A stretch of DNA of 62,771 bases, counting the filler, from Choristocarpus tenellus KU-1152 (lineage: Eukaryota; Protista; Phaeophyceae), in the NCBI GenBank assembly GCA_964200185.2. It is 10 parts of 10 records of this genome, joined end to end, with 100 filler letters (N's around TTAATTAATTAA, not from the genome) between each part and the next. Parts side by side here need not be neighbours in the genome. Positions count along the whole stretch, not along the records: positions 43,260 to 54,647 come from CAXNAD020002345.1; positions 54,748 to 58,660 come from CAXNAD020017185.1; positions 58,761 to 62,771 come from CAXNAD020016681.1; 7 more parts are not named here. One strand, written 5' to 3'. The position numbers and the translations under genes are program-made. Below are positions 50,535 to 62,771 of this stretch, one piece after another (the stretch's first letter is position 1; each line of letters opens with the position of its first letter). Below the pieces are notes generated by a model. That model worked only from the letters and a program-made list of their open reading frames with translations, did no database searches and was not told the DNA's origin.

Positions 50535-53500
50535 GGACCTCAACGTGCGCTGTGCGATGCTGCCGTTGTGATGGGAGGGGGGACATCTCAGATTTTTGTG
50601 TACATAGTGTTTTGCTGGAGGGAGGGGAAGGAATGATACAGAGAGGAACAAGATCTGTTTTTCGATTGTTTTTTTTTTTCTGGGGATTTTTTGCTGTTGT
50701 TGTTGTTGTAGAGCCCCACGGTTGATTTGCGTGTATTCCCAGATTGTTGTTGTTTGGTGACCCCAAAAGGTACTGCGTCATTTGTGTCATCCATCGAACT
50801 AATTGTTGTGTGTGCCATTGGTCAATTTCAAGAAAGTTAGGTGGTCGGGCCCATCATATATAGTAGTGGTGTTGTGAATGTGATTGACGGATGAGTAGCA
50901 TGGTATGAAAAGGCAATGCACACCCACGTTTCGGGGTCTGACTCAGGTACACTACCTGAGGGTTGAATTGATGTTGTGCAGGTAGGTATATTGGAAGGCA
51001 TTTGTGTCTATTCTTCTATTTTTTGTGATCCCATAGAAGGAAATGCAGCGGCCACTTTGTACTATGTTGTGGCTACCCGTTTCTATTAGTAGTTTCCATT
51101 TTCATTACCATTTCCCAAGGGTACAGTTGAACCACCAATAAAATAGCTTGCTGTGTCACACACTGAGCCAATGGAATCAATTCACCCAGCAACCACCCCT
51201 CCTACCTCCTCCCCTCAACATCGTTCATTACTTTTTTCATCTTGATGTTATTTTGATGTGGTTGTTCTTTCTCTGTAGATGTTTGACCTGCATAGCTTGT
51301 GTGTGTGTGTGCGTTTATGTACATTGCTGAGATCATATTTTTTTTCGTAATATGTTGGTGTCGAAGTGTTCATTGTGGTATTATCCTAACCCTAGGAGTC
51401 CATTTGGCATGTTTCTAGCTTCTTGTCTAGTTTGACGCGGTTGTTGAGAGTGAACCACTACGTATTGGAATTATCCTAGAGCATGAGGACTTCAGGGCAG
51501 ACAGAGATCCCTGGCTAACCTGACCCATCCTCTTTGATGGGGGACTACAGTCCTTCCCTACAGTGACAGCGAGCATTATTATACCAATAATAGTACTGGT
51601 AGTAATAGTAATAATAGTTGGGATACTTTCTTCAAATACATACATATAAATATATATATATATTCAAGTGTATCATACGTCTTGAGTACGTGTAAGGAAA
51701 TGGTCCAGACTCGGCTACCTGTTATTAGCAGGTTGGGTATTGTTTGTTTATCTCAGCCCATCTTGTTTGTTCTCCAGGTCCAACCGGTGCTCGCTGCTTA
51801 TCAATATGTCAAGTAATGGTTGTTTGTGATTTGGTGTTGAACATATCCACAATAGTAGATTGTGGATGTGTGTGAATGATATTGAAAAAGGTTGCTGAAG
51901 GTGTACCCGTACTTCAATCCGGTTCGGGGGAAGATAGGCCGTGGGTGACGTCGGAAATGTTTCCATTGATGGACGCTGGGAAGGAAGACAAGAAGGCTGT
52001 CGTTTAAACTGATGTAGAGTGTAACACATAAACACTATCTAGTGCCTAGCACTCAGCATGTACCCTCGATATGATACTATCTACTGCATGTAGATGAGTA
52101 CAATCTTATTTTAATACTGCTGTTGATGGGCACAATTTACAACAATCACTTCACTATGTAGACTTGAGAGTATGAAAGATCGCGAACTTGTGACTACGAG
52201 CGAGTAGATGGGTGACTGTAGGTCAGCATAGAAGACAGTGAAGGGTATATCAATGCCTTACTTTGTAGTAATAGTCTTCATCATCACAACAAACCATCCA
52301 CTTTTTTGCACAATAGGGATCTTTTTTCTGTTGAAGCTTGCTTGTTATTTTGTTGACGCTGACAAAAAACTATTCTGGCAGTTTGATCTTTCACTTGACT
52401 TGATTGGTTGTTTTTACCATAGTAGAGAGGTGTCAGCTTGCGGTAAGCTACCTCTGTAGGAGGAACGCGTTACACTAAGGACCAATCACTATGCTTTTTG
52501 TCTCCACTCTCCAAAAGAAGAAATAGAAGATTGGGATATATCGGTGAGAAGGCCAATTGTTACTAATAATACTCCAGACCAGACCCCATTCCACCCAATC
52601 GACAGACAAAAATATATTGCCTCTACTCCGAGGCACTTTGATGACACACTTCACTCTGATCACGAGGCATAAACACTTCAACCCTTTGAAGCACACTTAC
52701 ACAATATGAAGAGGCTACTTACTACGCATCAGCCTGCCGCAGTATACCACCCACATATATGAATGGAAGTGGACCCTCTTTTGACTGGGAGGGGAGAAAG
52801 CTAATGGGGGATGGGGAAGGCAATCCTTACACTATTTCTAAAGGGGGTACCTGTTTCTTCTACATTCCGCAAAGAAAGGGTCCCTGTTCTCAACATGCCA
52901 CACGAGAGAAAAATATCCCAACAAAATCAAGATCACAAAAACCCCCGTTACATCTATCAGCATGATAACATACTGCCCTCCACAATGATCCAAAAACAAG
53001 CTCGTTGGAGTGAACAAGGCCCACAACATCCAGTTTCATCATGTAGAAGCGCCAATTTTAGCACTTGACAAGTGCAGCACAGATTGTTCAATCCAGAGAG
53101 ATCTCCTTAAGAGTACTTCATAGTTCAGGTATCGTATCACCCACTCAACTACCAACCCACTCACAGTTCATCCTCACCTAAATGTGTTGGGGGATGGTGC
53201 TTTATACCCTCAGATTACCACACCCTTTTGACCCTTCAGTAACAAACAAACCCTTCCACACACTTAAAATGAATCTGTTTGGATTGTTAGAGGTCACAGA
53301 GCTAAGTATCAAAACGATATTATAGCTACAAATACTAAAACCTACCCGTGCAAGTCGAGCATCACACACAAAAATTATCTTCTTGACATCTTTAATTTTC
53401 TTCCCTTTCCTCTCTATTAATAGTCAATCAAGTAAGCGCCTTTGTTGTGTGAAACCAATACTAAAACCACTTTGACCTCTCTCTGTTCAACCACCCAACA

Positions 53501-55359
53501 AAATGGTACCAGAACAGTTTCACACCTGATAAGGAGATGGTTCAACACCTCGTGGTCAACAAAGCGACCTAAAACCCAATCCTGCCTATACACCCCCCAA
53601 TGCACCATCCAACTTCTTAGTGGCTGCCGTTTTAAACAGCCTCTGTCAACCTACTGCCTTCCTTGCCCAAACACAATGCATTGCAGCACCCGTACATGTC
53701 ATTAAATACCTTTTTGCACTGCATTGATCACCATAGTGTGAAGACAGCCAATCGCTCTTCATCCTCATCCCCATCCTCACCCATACCAATAGGCCCACAT
53801 AGCCTCACATACATGGATGTGCCATATACCATACTTCCTCCTGAAGATACCCCCATACCCCAACACACCTTCCACTCGCTCCTGCCCTCCCAGATTCATA
53901 CTCAACACAACTACTCACTTAAAATTATGTTCCTTTGGTCGCTCCCTTACCATACCATAAGTAATGGCAACTCAAGCACGTGGTGGCCCTGACCTAAGAA
54001 GGCCTAGCTCCCGTCAAAGCCTAACCCCAGCTAAACAACAAGCCTATCGATACAGTAACGCCTGTTTCAACCGGATAAAAAGCACAACAAGACTAATGTT
54101 CACACCATAGGCCCGCCACCGTCAAACCCAGGCGTGCAGAATAACATGTCTCGTTACACATATAATGGACATCTTAGCCCTTGGCCAACATGCACAGGTT
54201 CCTCCAGCCACGGCACTACCCATTACCCTCAGTAAGGGATAAGAGGGCTCACACCCTACCACCTGGTCACCACCGGTGACACTACAAAAAAGCCACTGCT
54301 TTGCCCCCCTAGATGTGACATGAACAAAACACAAACACTACAAGGCTGGGGAAAGACCCCCTGGAACAGTGCAAAGGTCGGTTAGGGGAGTGAAGAGGTT
54401 GCCGCAGGAAAGAGACCTAGAAAAGGAGGGAGGGGGAAGGCATCCTCTTGGGGTTGCTCTAAGGCTAAATCTAGAGCAGCACCAGACCAACTTCGTTTGA
54501 TGAAATCTCTGGGCACCGCCAATTGTAGAGGTAGTACTGAAGGTGACCATCACCAATGCCAAACTTGAGTGACTGGGAATGTGAGCGTTTGGAGAAGGGG
54601 GGGGGGGGGGGGGGGGGGGGGGAAAACACCTTGGGGTGGAAAAAAAANNNNNNNNNNNNNNNNNNNNNNNNNNNNNNNNNNNNNNNNNNNNTTAATTAAT
54701 TAANNNNNNNNNNNNNNNNNNNNNNNNNNNNNNNNNNNNNNNNNNNNGGAAACCACTAATCAGTTACTTCAGCACTATCAAATATTGTACTACTGTCGTC
54801 CTTATCTTCCCAAGCACCATATATATCATTATGCACTCTCTCTTCTTCACTCTCAAAGTTAACGTTCCAATATTCCACCATACTATATATTGCTGTTGTT
54901 ACTATCAATTACTATTTTTATTCTCATGCCATCTAATAGTTTACAAATGTGTCAAAGAAAACACCAATGAAAACTATTCATACCAATTATTACTATTTTT
55001 ATTATTATGCCCTCTGACATTTTGCAGATATTACTATCAATGAAGTATTATCCATCACATTAGTCTCAAGGATCGTGGAGTTGTGATATAATAACGTACT
55101 TAAAAGAAAGTAATACACACTCCCTGAAAAAAGGTAAAAAGAACCATAAAAGAAAATAAAGGACTAAAAGAAAAAGAGAAGAAAAGAGACGAAAAGAGAT
55201 GAAAATAAGTTAATAGGAAGAGACTAGAACCTTCAAGAGAGAAAATACCATTACCCCCTAAAAAGGGAGGGAATAGAAGAAATAAATAAAACAAATGATG
55301 CAAAAAGAGAATAAGTCCAGAAAGAGAACAAAATAATTCAACAATGGTGGTAATAGTGT

Positions 55360-55980
55360 TGGTGGCTTGGGGGACTTACCTTTGTTGTGAAGTACAATAG
55401 CTATCACAGCTTCCCTGGAACGCTATTTTCAGCCATGAACCTCGTTGTGCCATCAGCGACACACTCGTCACACTCCTGTTAGTTAGAGACCTTCGTCCAA
55501 ACTTAACTCTAATCCCAAACTTGTCAAAGTCGTCTTGGAAACATGTCCACCAGTTCTTATCCTGTTCACCTTGGTTCCGTTTTCTATCCAAAAAAGTCCC
55601 CAAACATGAATCAATATCGTGGGAAGTCAGTCATCCCCCATTCAAGCAACTGACCCTGCAATAATAGGAGCCTCTGCTTGTGCGCGGTTGGCTGGATGCT
55701 CTCAGACCCAGTCTTCATACGAGGATCTTTGTAGGAGAGGACACGATCGGTGTGTTCCTGTTTGGGGGAACCTATGAAGTGGAGTAGGATTTTGTGGTGA
55801 TGGGAGTGGAGGTTCGATGGTTTGTCCACATCATAAATCTTATAATAGAACTTCAGGTACCTCACAGCCTTGAGGATTCGAATCTTTGGGTTAAGTGACA
55901 CACATGACATTCTGTCATAGAACTCTTGGATTTACAAAAATAACCTCAAGCTTTCTGAATCCTCCACCTGATCTCAACAC
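55360..55980 (-). mobile_element. 5'-truncated RTE-clade LINE remnant (3' end of the ORF)
   Basis: HHHKILLHFIG..DRVLSYKD..KTGSESI..HKQRL..G and KRNQG..KNWWTCFQDDFDKFGI match the RTE post-RT tail. Confidence 0.7.
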
Positions 55981-58900
55981 TAGTAGAACCATCGTTACTA
56001 TCAGTTTTGTAAAGTAAACAAACGCGATCACTTACCAGTTTGGTTGTAGGTATGATCTAGGAGTGGTCTAAATGTTTTTTTTATGGTTTGTCCATAATGA
56101 TTGGAAATAACTATAATGATTTCATGGGTAGGAAACCAGTCCAAGAATGCAAGATAGCGAGTGATAGAATAAAAAAGACAAAATTGAGCCTTTTTATATA
56201 TGGAGTGTGTAGAAATGATATAATTTTTGTTGTTCCTTTTCGTGATAATATAAAGGAGAAGAATAGTAGTCAATTTTGTATCGCTTCTTATTGAATATGA
56301 ATGATCTTGAAAATATTCTATGTTTCGACTAGTCTTATCGTTGATAGTTAATTGGGGTATATCATTGTGGAGAGTAGATGGGTATAGGTCGACTAATTTA
56401 TAAACATTCTGGTTCTTTCGGTAAATCAGCAATTAGCCAACCAAAATCACATTATGCATCTATAATATATTATTATTATCCCCTCTAATATTTTACAGAT
56501 GTGTCAGGGATCTATTCAAAAAGAAAAAGTCAAGAGTGAATAGTGGTAAACTGAAACCTACTACTCAACCCCAACTACTCACCTCTACTATTTTAAGAAA
56601 CAGTGATGGCTAATTTGAGGTGATCAAGTACTCACGTTGGGACCAAATGGAAGAAGGACCGGGGAGTGTGTCATCCAATGATGACACCGAAAATTTTACC
56701 TTGTTCTCTTGCTTCCTTGCCTCCGTCCAGTTCATCGTCCTCGTCTACTTTCGTGAGTTCCTCTCTTAGTGCTGTTCCTAGCACTCACACCAACTCATCC
56801 GCAAAGTCTGCTCCCAAAATCTCGGTACAGTGCAGGAGTAGTAGGATGCTTTTCCGTCTAATTTTTACTTCCTATCGTTACATGGCCGTCTGCTACTTTC
56901 TCTTTCGAGACATTTATCGATGATTCAACTCTATTGTCACTCTGCAATGATATTTACTCACCCACTTCTTCTAGTGTAGTTGACACGATGAGACCAATTT
57001 GAAGATCCCAACATTGACATTTTCATAAGAAGCGAATGCATGGCACCATGTTAAAGAAGTAGGGTCTTAGTTTGTGCCAGTCAGCTTTCGAGAGAGATTG
57101 CCCACACCTCGCCCCTTTTCCTCTGCCCTGGCCTTTCCAGTTCACCGTTAAGAGACTCCCGCATTCTGACATTATAAGGTCTATTTGCCTAGTTACCTTT
57201 GCCGTGAGAGTCTGCCACACACCGTTAGATTAGGCTACAACAGGTAGACTGAAAATCTCAAGTCCTCCACTACTATCCATCGTTCTCCGTTGCCTCAACC
57301 AGTGTGCCACACCGCCGACAACTACTTCTCCCCTGTTTTGGCTGCTGTATGCGATCTGGTGAGTGCTTTGGGCGACTCTTCGGCTCGCCCCATAATTGGC
57401 TTCTAAGGATCACCAGTTTGGACCCAAGAAATAAGACAATTATCTTAATGTTCGAGGGAGTGGGACTGCTAATGTTGTTGTCAATCTCAACCTGCTAGTC
57501 CATCTGATTTAACCTGAGGAGTGGTTGCCTTGATTACTGATGGGAAGATACCTTACCCCTTGAAACTACCGCAAGAGAGTACATGAACCTCAACAGAATA
57601 GTATTCACTCTCTCTCTCTCTGAAAATCTGCTTTGAGCATTTTCCTTGCACATAAGAACGGTACTCGCGTTTTTTCTTCAAGGGCGCCTAGAACAAGAAC
57701 CTATCCCAGGCTGCATTACACAAGAACAAGCCAGATAGTGTGCTGCCATTACTATATTCTTTTTTCACAGGGTCGATTGGCAAATATCGCCTTCATGGTG
57801 GGAATTTCCCGGTGGATAGTCACAACTCAAATAGAGTCACATTGCAGTACGTAACCCATTCTGAAAGACACTAGTTTTGTTTGTCGAGAGCACTTGCATC
57901 TACCTTTCCTTTGAAGACTTGTAGAAATACTCCCGAGACTACTTTATGAAACATATTGTCCGTCTTTCCCAGGCTCCAAGGCCTGGCAAGTATCCCCACT
58001 CCCCCTGTCTAAATATGTAACATTTTTGTGTTACACATCAGGTCCTATTGGTGCACTGGATGATCAATGACATGTTCTTGTGACACCTTGATCCCAAGTC
58101 GCTGGCATTCTTGACTCCCCCATTCCTGTTATCTCCCTTAAAAGCGGTGAATGCCTAAAGCACTTTTCATATGTACTCTACTGGTCGTAGTAGATTGATG
58201 ATAGTGTTGTACTATAGGGCCTGTTCCAGTCACCCCCTTCCATGCTGACCCTTCCTATCTCCTTAGCCAAATTTTACCCATCCTGGAAAGGGTACGGTTG
58301 GGATTAAAATAGTGATTGGTCTTTCTGATGTGCCACTTCTTGTGGTGCATTGTAAAAGAGAAGGTATGGAGATGCACTTCCTGCAGTGGTATATGTGAAC
58401 ACGGTATTTACACTAGGACTACATTTTGATACTCTCCAGCAACTGGCAAATTCCTCGCAAGTCCCTGCTAGGTACCAACTCCAGTACCTGAGAGGTTTCA
58501 TTTGCCTACCTGATGGCTACTACTCTGAAGGCATGAAGGGCTGGCTATGATAAATGGCATTCGTGGGTTGGTAAAGAGAGCAACTTCTACTGAACTCTCA
58601 AGACACTGCCGTGCACCCTCCCTCTGCACATTTTATTTTTTTTGTAGACAGTTGCTAGGGNNNNNNNNNNNNNNNNNNNNNNNNNNNNNNNNNNNNNNNN
58701 NNNNTTAATTAATTAANNNNNNNNNNNNNNNNNNNNNNNNNNNNNNNNNNNNNNNNNNNNCTATACCCAAAGGACTCAACGCGGGTGCTACCCCCCCCCC
58801 CCCCCCCCCAGATGCTATGAGTCAATCCTGAAGTTTCGTTATTGTCAATATAAAAAAAAATGCTTTGCTTCTCAAGATTTTTTGTGTCCAAACCTCGTTG

Positions 58901-60393
58901 CCTAATGTTGTTTTCTCTTTGGACAAATGTTGAAAATAGGAGGCCTTTCGACATTCCTTTTTTGTTTGTTTGTTTGTTTTTTGTTTTTTGTTGTTTCTTT
59001 TTTGTTTGTTGCATTTGACATCGTACATCTTACTCCTGATCATCTGTATGTCAAAGGCCAGTGTGATGGCTATTACAATTCTCACAAGAAAACCTTTCTA
59101 ATTAAAAAAAAAGAATTACACAGTCGTATTTGACATTTATCGATCTTCGATTTTGTTTGATTAGGTTGTAAATTTTGCTTTTCTTCACTGTGCTATTTTG
59201 AAGAAGTCGATTGCTGGAGTCATTGTCTCATCATCACGCCCACACACTGCATCATTACCTACCCCCCAGGAGTGAGGCCTTGCCTCTGTAGTATATCATC
59301 ATGGCCCATAACATCATCTAATACCCTCTCTGATCTTGTAGGGTAAACGACCGTTATAAGGACATGGTGGTGTTCAAGACCCTAGACCAATAATGGCTTC
59401 GAAAGATATAGGATAATGTTTTAGATGTTGTGGAGCTCTGCATTAAAGATTTAGTGCGGAATGAATCAGTAAACCCTAGCCCTAACTCCTTCCTTGGACC
59501 CTTAAAGAAGGCCACGGTTGAACCTTGCCAAATCGGCAAGAGTCCTTGTGCATTTGAAAGTAGCCTCCGGCAGTGTCTACCATTGTTTGTCTACCTGTAC
59601 TGACATGGAGGGGATGTCCTCCTCCTTCCTTGTCATACCATTGTTTGTGCCTGCTGGTGTATTTGATTTAGAGAACTTAGAATTGCAGTTTCATGCAATA
59701 ACCCTAACCTTAAGCGTCAACGCAACCAAACATTATTGGTTGCATGATTTGATCATTTTTTTTATCATTTTTTCAGACACGATTTTCACCCCCCGCTGCA
59801 ACAGGTTGCTTGCTCTACCTCATTTATCTGCATCCTTTCCATTCTGTAAATTGAACTGACAAAAATGCTCAGACCTTGAGATCGGGCTCGCCTGAGAACT
59901 GTCAATTGTACTGAGAAGAAGAGAAAAAATTCAATACGTACATCACCGAGAAGAAGAGAAAAAAAAAACTGCCCCGACACTGAGCCACTTGCTCCGAATC
60001 CTTTTTTTTCTTTTTTTTTATGCTGCTGGACCAGATGGAATACACTTCAATGACAGCGCCCCTACTACTTAACTTCTGTTTTTTTAGTTTTAACTGACCT
60101 ATGCTTTTGCCTGCACTCCAACAGGTTGCGTACTTTTTAGTCGTAGCCTTAGAGGTACATAATTATGGGTATTTTTGCATCATACGCCTTTTAATATATA
60201 TATATATCTGTATTGTATGCAGCGTACCTTTTTTTGGTTTTACTCATGGACTGGAAGGTTCAAAATATGAAGGTGGTATTGGTATCGAAGAAGAGGGACT
60301 GACACATACACTGTTGTTACACACAAAAAAGTCATCACTGTTGAACGAACTCCCTTTCTGAATTGCGCAGAAGTGTTTTGGCCGGTTGTAGGG

Positions 60394-60450
60394 ATTGTTA
60401 CCTCATTGTTACCTCATTGTTACCTTGTTGTTACCTCATTGTTACCTTGT
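60394..60450. repeat. 11-bp tandem repeat (ATTGTTACCTC) x5
   Basis: Directly visible. Confidence 0.85.
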
Positions 60451-62686
60451 TGCCACAATACAGCGGTGTGTTCCCCTTGGCTAATATGTCTCTTGCCCAG
60501 ATCGCCTTTCTAAAGCTTAAGCCATATATCAGCACCAATATAGTCCCAGGGAACTACAAAAAACTGGAGGAGTAATATGTAGATATTGAGAAGAGTTTGA
60601 ACACTAAATAACCACCCTTACAGCTAAATTTCCACGTGAGATGTGAAAGTTGATTGACAAGGAGTTAGGAGACCACCATGACAGTATTGTATGAAATTTT
60701 GAAAGGTCAAGTACTCCAGGTTCTCACATCTTTCTAAAAAAAAAATTGCGATTGACTTTTACCGTTGATTTTGTTTTTGGTTACCACAAACCCCATGTTT
60801 TCGCCTGTTATCCTCTCTCTCCCTCTCTGTCTGTCTGTGTGTCTGTCAATGAAAAATGAAGAAACCGAAGGCGAACTATAAGGGTAGAACCGAGGGTAGA
60901 ACCGCCACATCCACTGGGACTTTAAGTGCAGATTCCCCCAGCAACTTGATGGGGAGTCCAGGCAGGGAGAATGTTAATGAACAGGGCGATATGAGAGAGG
61001 GAAACAGTGAGAGAGAAATAAAACCTTCTAAGAGCAAAAGAAGCTGTTGTACAATTGCTTGAGTCCCCCCTGGTGGTGAAAGTACTGTGAGCAGGCTTGT
61101 CGCTGGTGTGGTGGTGAGGTACTCTTGGGATGTACCATATATACTGTTTTACATGTGATAATTGTTTGATCTACCGTATGATATTGGGGGTTAGGGGGGA
61201 CAAGCCACCGGCACTTCCTTTGGTGAAGTTTCCCCTTGGGTGCTTGGCTGCATAAGATCTGTACTTGTTTTTGATGCCACTCCTTGAGTGTCCGAGGACT
61301 GGCAGTGGGTTTGAGTGAAGGTAGATGAATGAACTGGATCATCGCATGCAGGCTTGAAGTGGCGCTTCTCAATTGTTGTAGTGAAATCTTGGTATCGTGC
61401 TTTGTTCGCAGGATGTGAGTTATCGTAAGCAGCAAAGGGTAGCTTTCCCGCTAATCATGCAGTTGTGTGAGTTTGTAATATAGGAGAGGAAGTGGGAGGG
61501 AGACCTGCCTTAGAACAACCAGAGGTTTGTGGGCGAAGAAGTGGTCCTACCCCACTACAAGAGAGATATGGTGGACTACGTCTTGAGGCGTCTTGGTTGC
61601 AATTTGTCGGACTATCTGCTGGTACAAGTTGGTCGGGATTTTGTCTTGTGTTTGAGGATAAGGAGAAGGTTTGGGGTGGAGAAGTGGTGAATAAATTAAT
61701 GTGTTGAGCTGGATTGCTTTATTTTGTATGTGTTAAGTTAAGGTAAATTGACCCTCTACCTCCCTCTCCAATTGTTCCTCTGAATATGATAACTAGCAGA
61801 GTTCAAGGATTTGACTGGTGAAGGCTAGGCAATGCTCAATGTAAAATACATGGAGTATTTAACATGTCAAAAAAAACATGGTGTGCTGGATGGTAGTTTC
61901 GCCTTGGTTGACATGACTTTCATGCATGTTTACGTATGTGTGTGCATAACACAAATACTTCGAAATCAGCCCGAACTTTTCAAATTTCGGAATTTGAGAA
62001 GAATTTGTTTATTTCCTGAGTCCGAACAAATCCAGGAGATTTTCTTGTGAGTACTGGGGGTTGTTGCTGGCAAGGAGTCCAGCCAAGTAATGCTCAATCT
62101 GGCATGGCATTGTGTGTGTGTGTGTGTGTGCATCCCTTACGTCGTATTTTGAAGACGTTGGAGAGAAGAAAGCGATTTTCTGCCAGTATTATTATTTATT
62201 TGAGTACTAGTTTTTTTTTGGGATGGCTTCCTTCTCCAACCTACGGTCTGTGTTGTCACTTACTTTCTGTTTTAGAGTAGTATTGCACGCAGTATGCTAA
62301 ATGATAACTGCAACAACAATAAGAAGGAATGGTAACAGCAATCATGGCGAGATAGACCAATTATTGGATGGATGGAAGCAATTTCTACCTACTTCCAACA
62401 ACGGGAACATATAATTTATCTTCTCTTTAGGAAGAGAACGAGAATGATTGTGGTAAGGACACCATGCCTGTTGCAACTGGCAGTGGGTGGTGCTTTCATA
62501 GTGCATGGTAGATGACATCTATTTTTTTCGTTGTGTAGGTGGACTAAACTAGATGACGGAGGGAGTTGATGATCGTGTTGTATTGTTGTATTGTTGTATC
62601 ACGAAGGAAGCTGGATGGTTGTTGCTGTATTGATTATCTAATATGTAGTACAAATGAATGATGTGTTGTGCAATACACTGGAGTAT

Positions 62687-62771
62687 GGGTCAAAGTATCT
62701 GGGGTGGTTTGTGAGGGGGCGTCCGTTTCGGTCAAACAACTCGTTTTTTTGCTGACATTTCAATCCGACAC
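62687..62771 (+). mobile_element. MITE/TIR end, subfamily C, running off the window
   Basis: GGGTCAAAGTATCTGGGGTGGTTTGTGAGGGGGCGTCCG matches 5371-5419. Confidence 0.65.

Noticed and set aside
56600-61700. Coding-like GC-richer patches (56640-58600, 59200-59700, 61030-61650); similar patches at 6950-7300 and 52700-54560
   Set aside because: Multiple stops in every frame and no motif I can name; probably old TE debris, which needs a translated database search.

Overview
Eukaryotic, intron-rich and repeat-rich DNA. The gene content and GT-AG introns with long low-complexity tracts suggest a stramenopile, probably a brown alga or relative (inference). The window is not one locus: ten unrelated contigs are joined by artificial 100-bp spacers (N44-TTAATTAATTAA-N44) at 2802, 5420, 12457, 15377, 21360, 25878, 43160, 54648 and 58661. 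Host genes: the 5' part of an annexin (-); exons of an FNR/cytochrome-b5-reductase-like protein directly followed by internal exons of the mitochondrial ABC transporter ATM1/ABCB7 (+); a complete 13-exon, ~2170-aa CBP/p300-type histone acetyltransferase (-); the 5' part of a METTL21/family-16 methyltransferase (-) facing away from a 2OG-Fe(II) oxygenase (+). The rest is mostly decayed transposons: a pogo/Tigger element with an N-terminal zinc finger, copia, gypsy, RTE-LINE, Harbinger-like and Sola-like relics, a Stowaway-like MITE, and an abundant MITE family with GRSYCAAAGTATCT termini. I found no convincing tRNA, rRNA or CRISPR array, and I cannot claim a proven new system. The best leads are the splice-compatible FNR-ATM1 junction, the zinc-finger pogo transposase and the TIR/MITE family.
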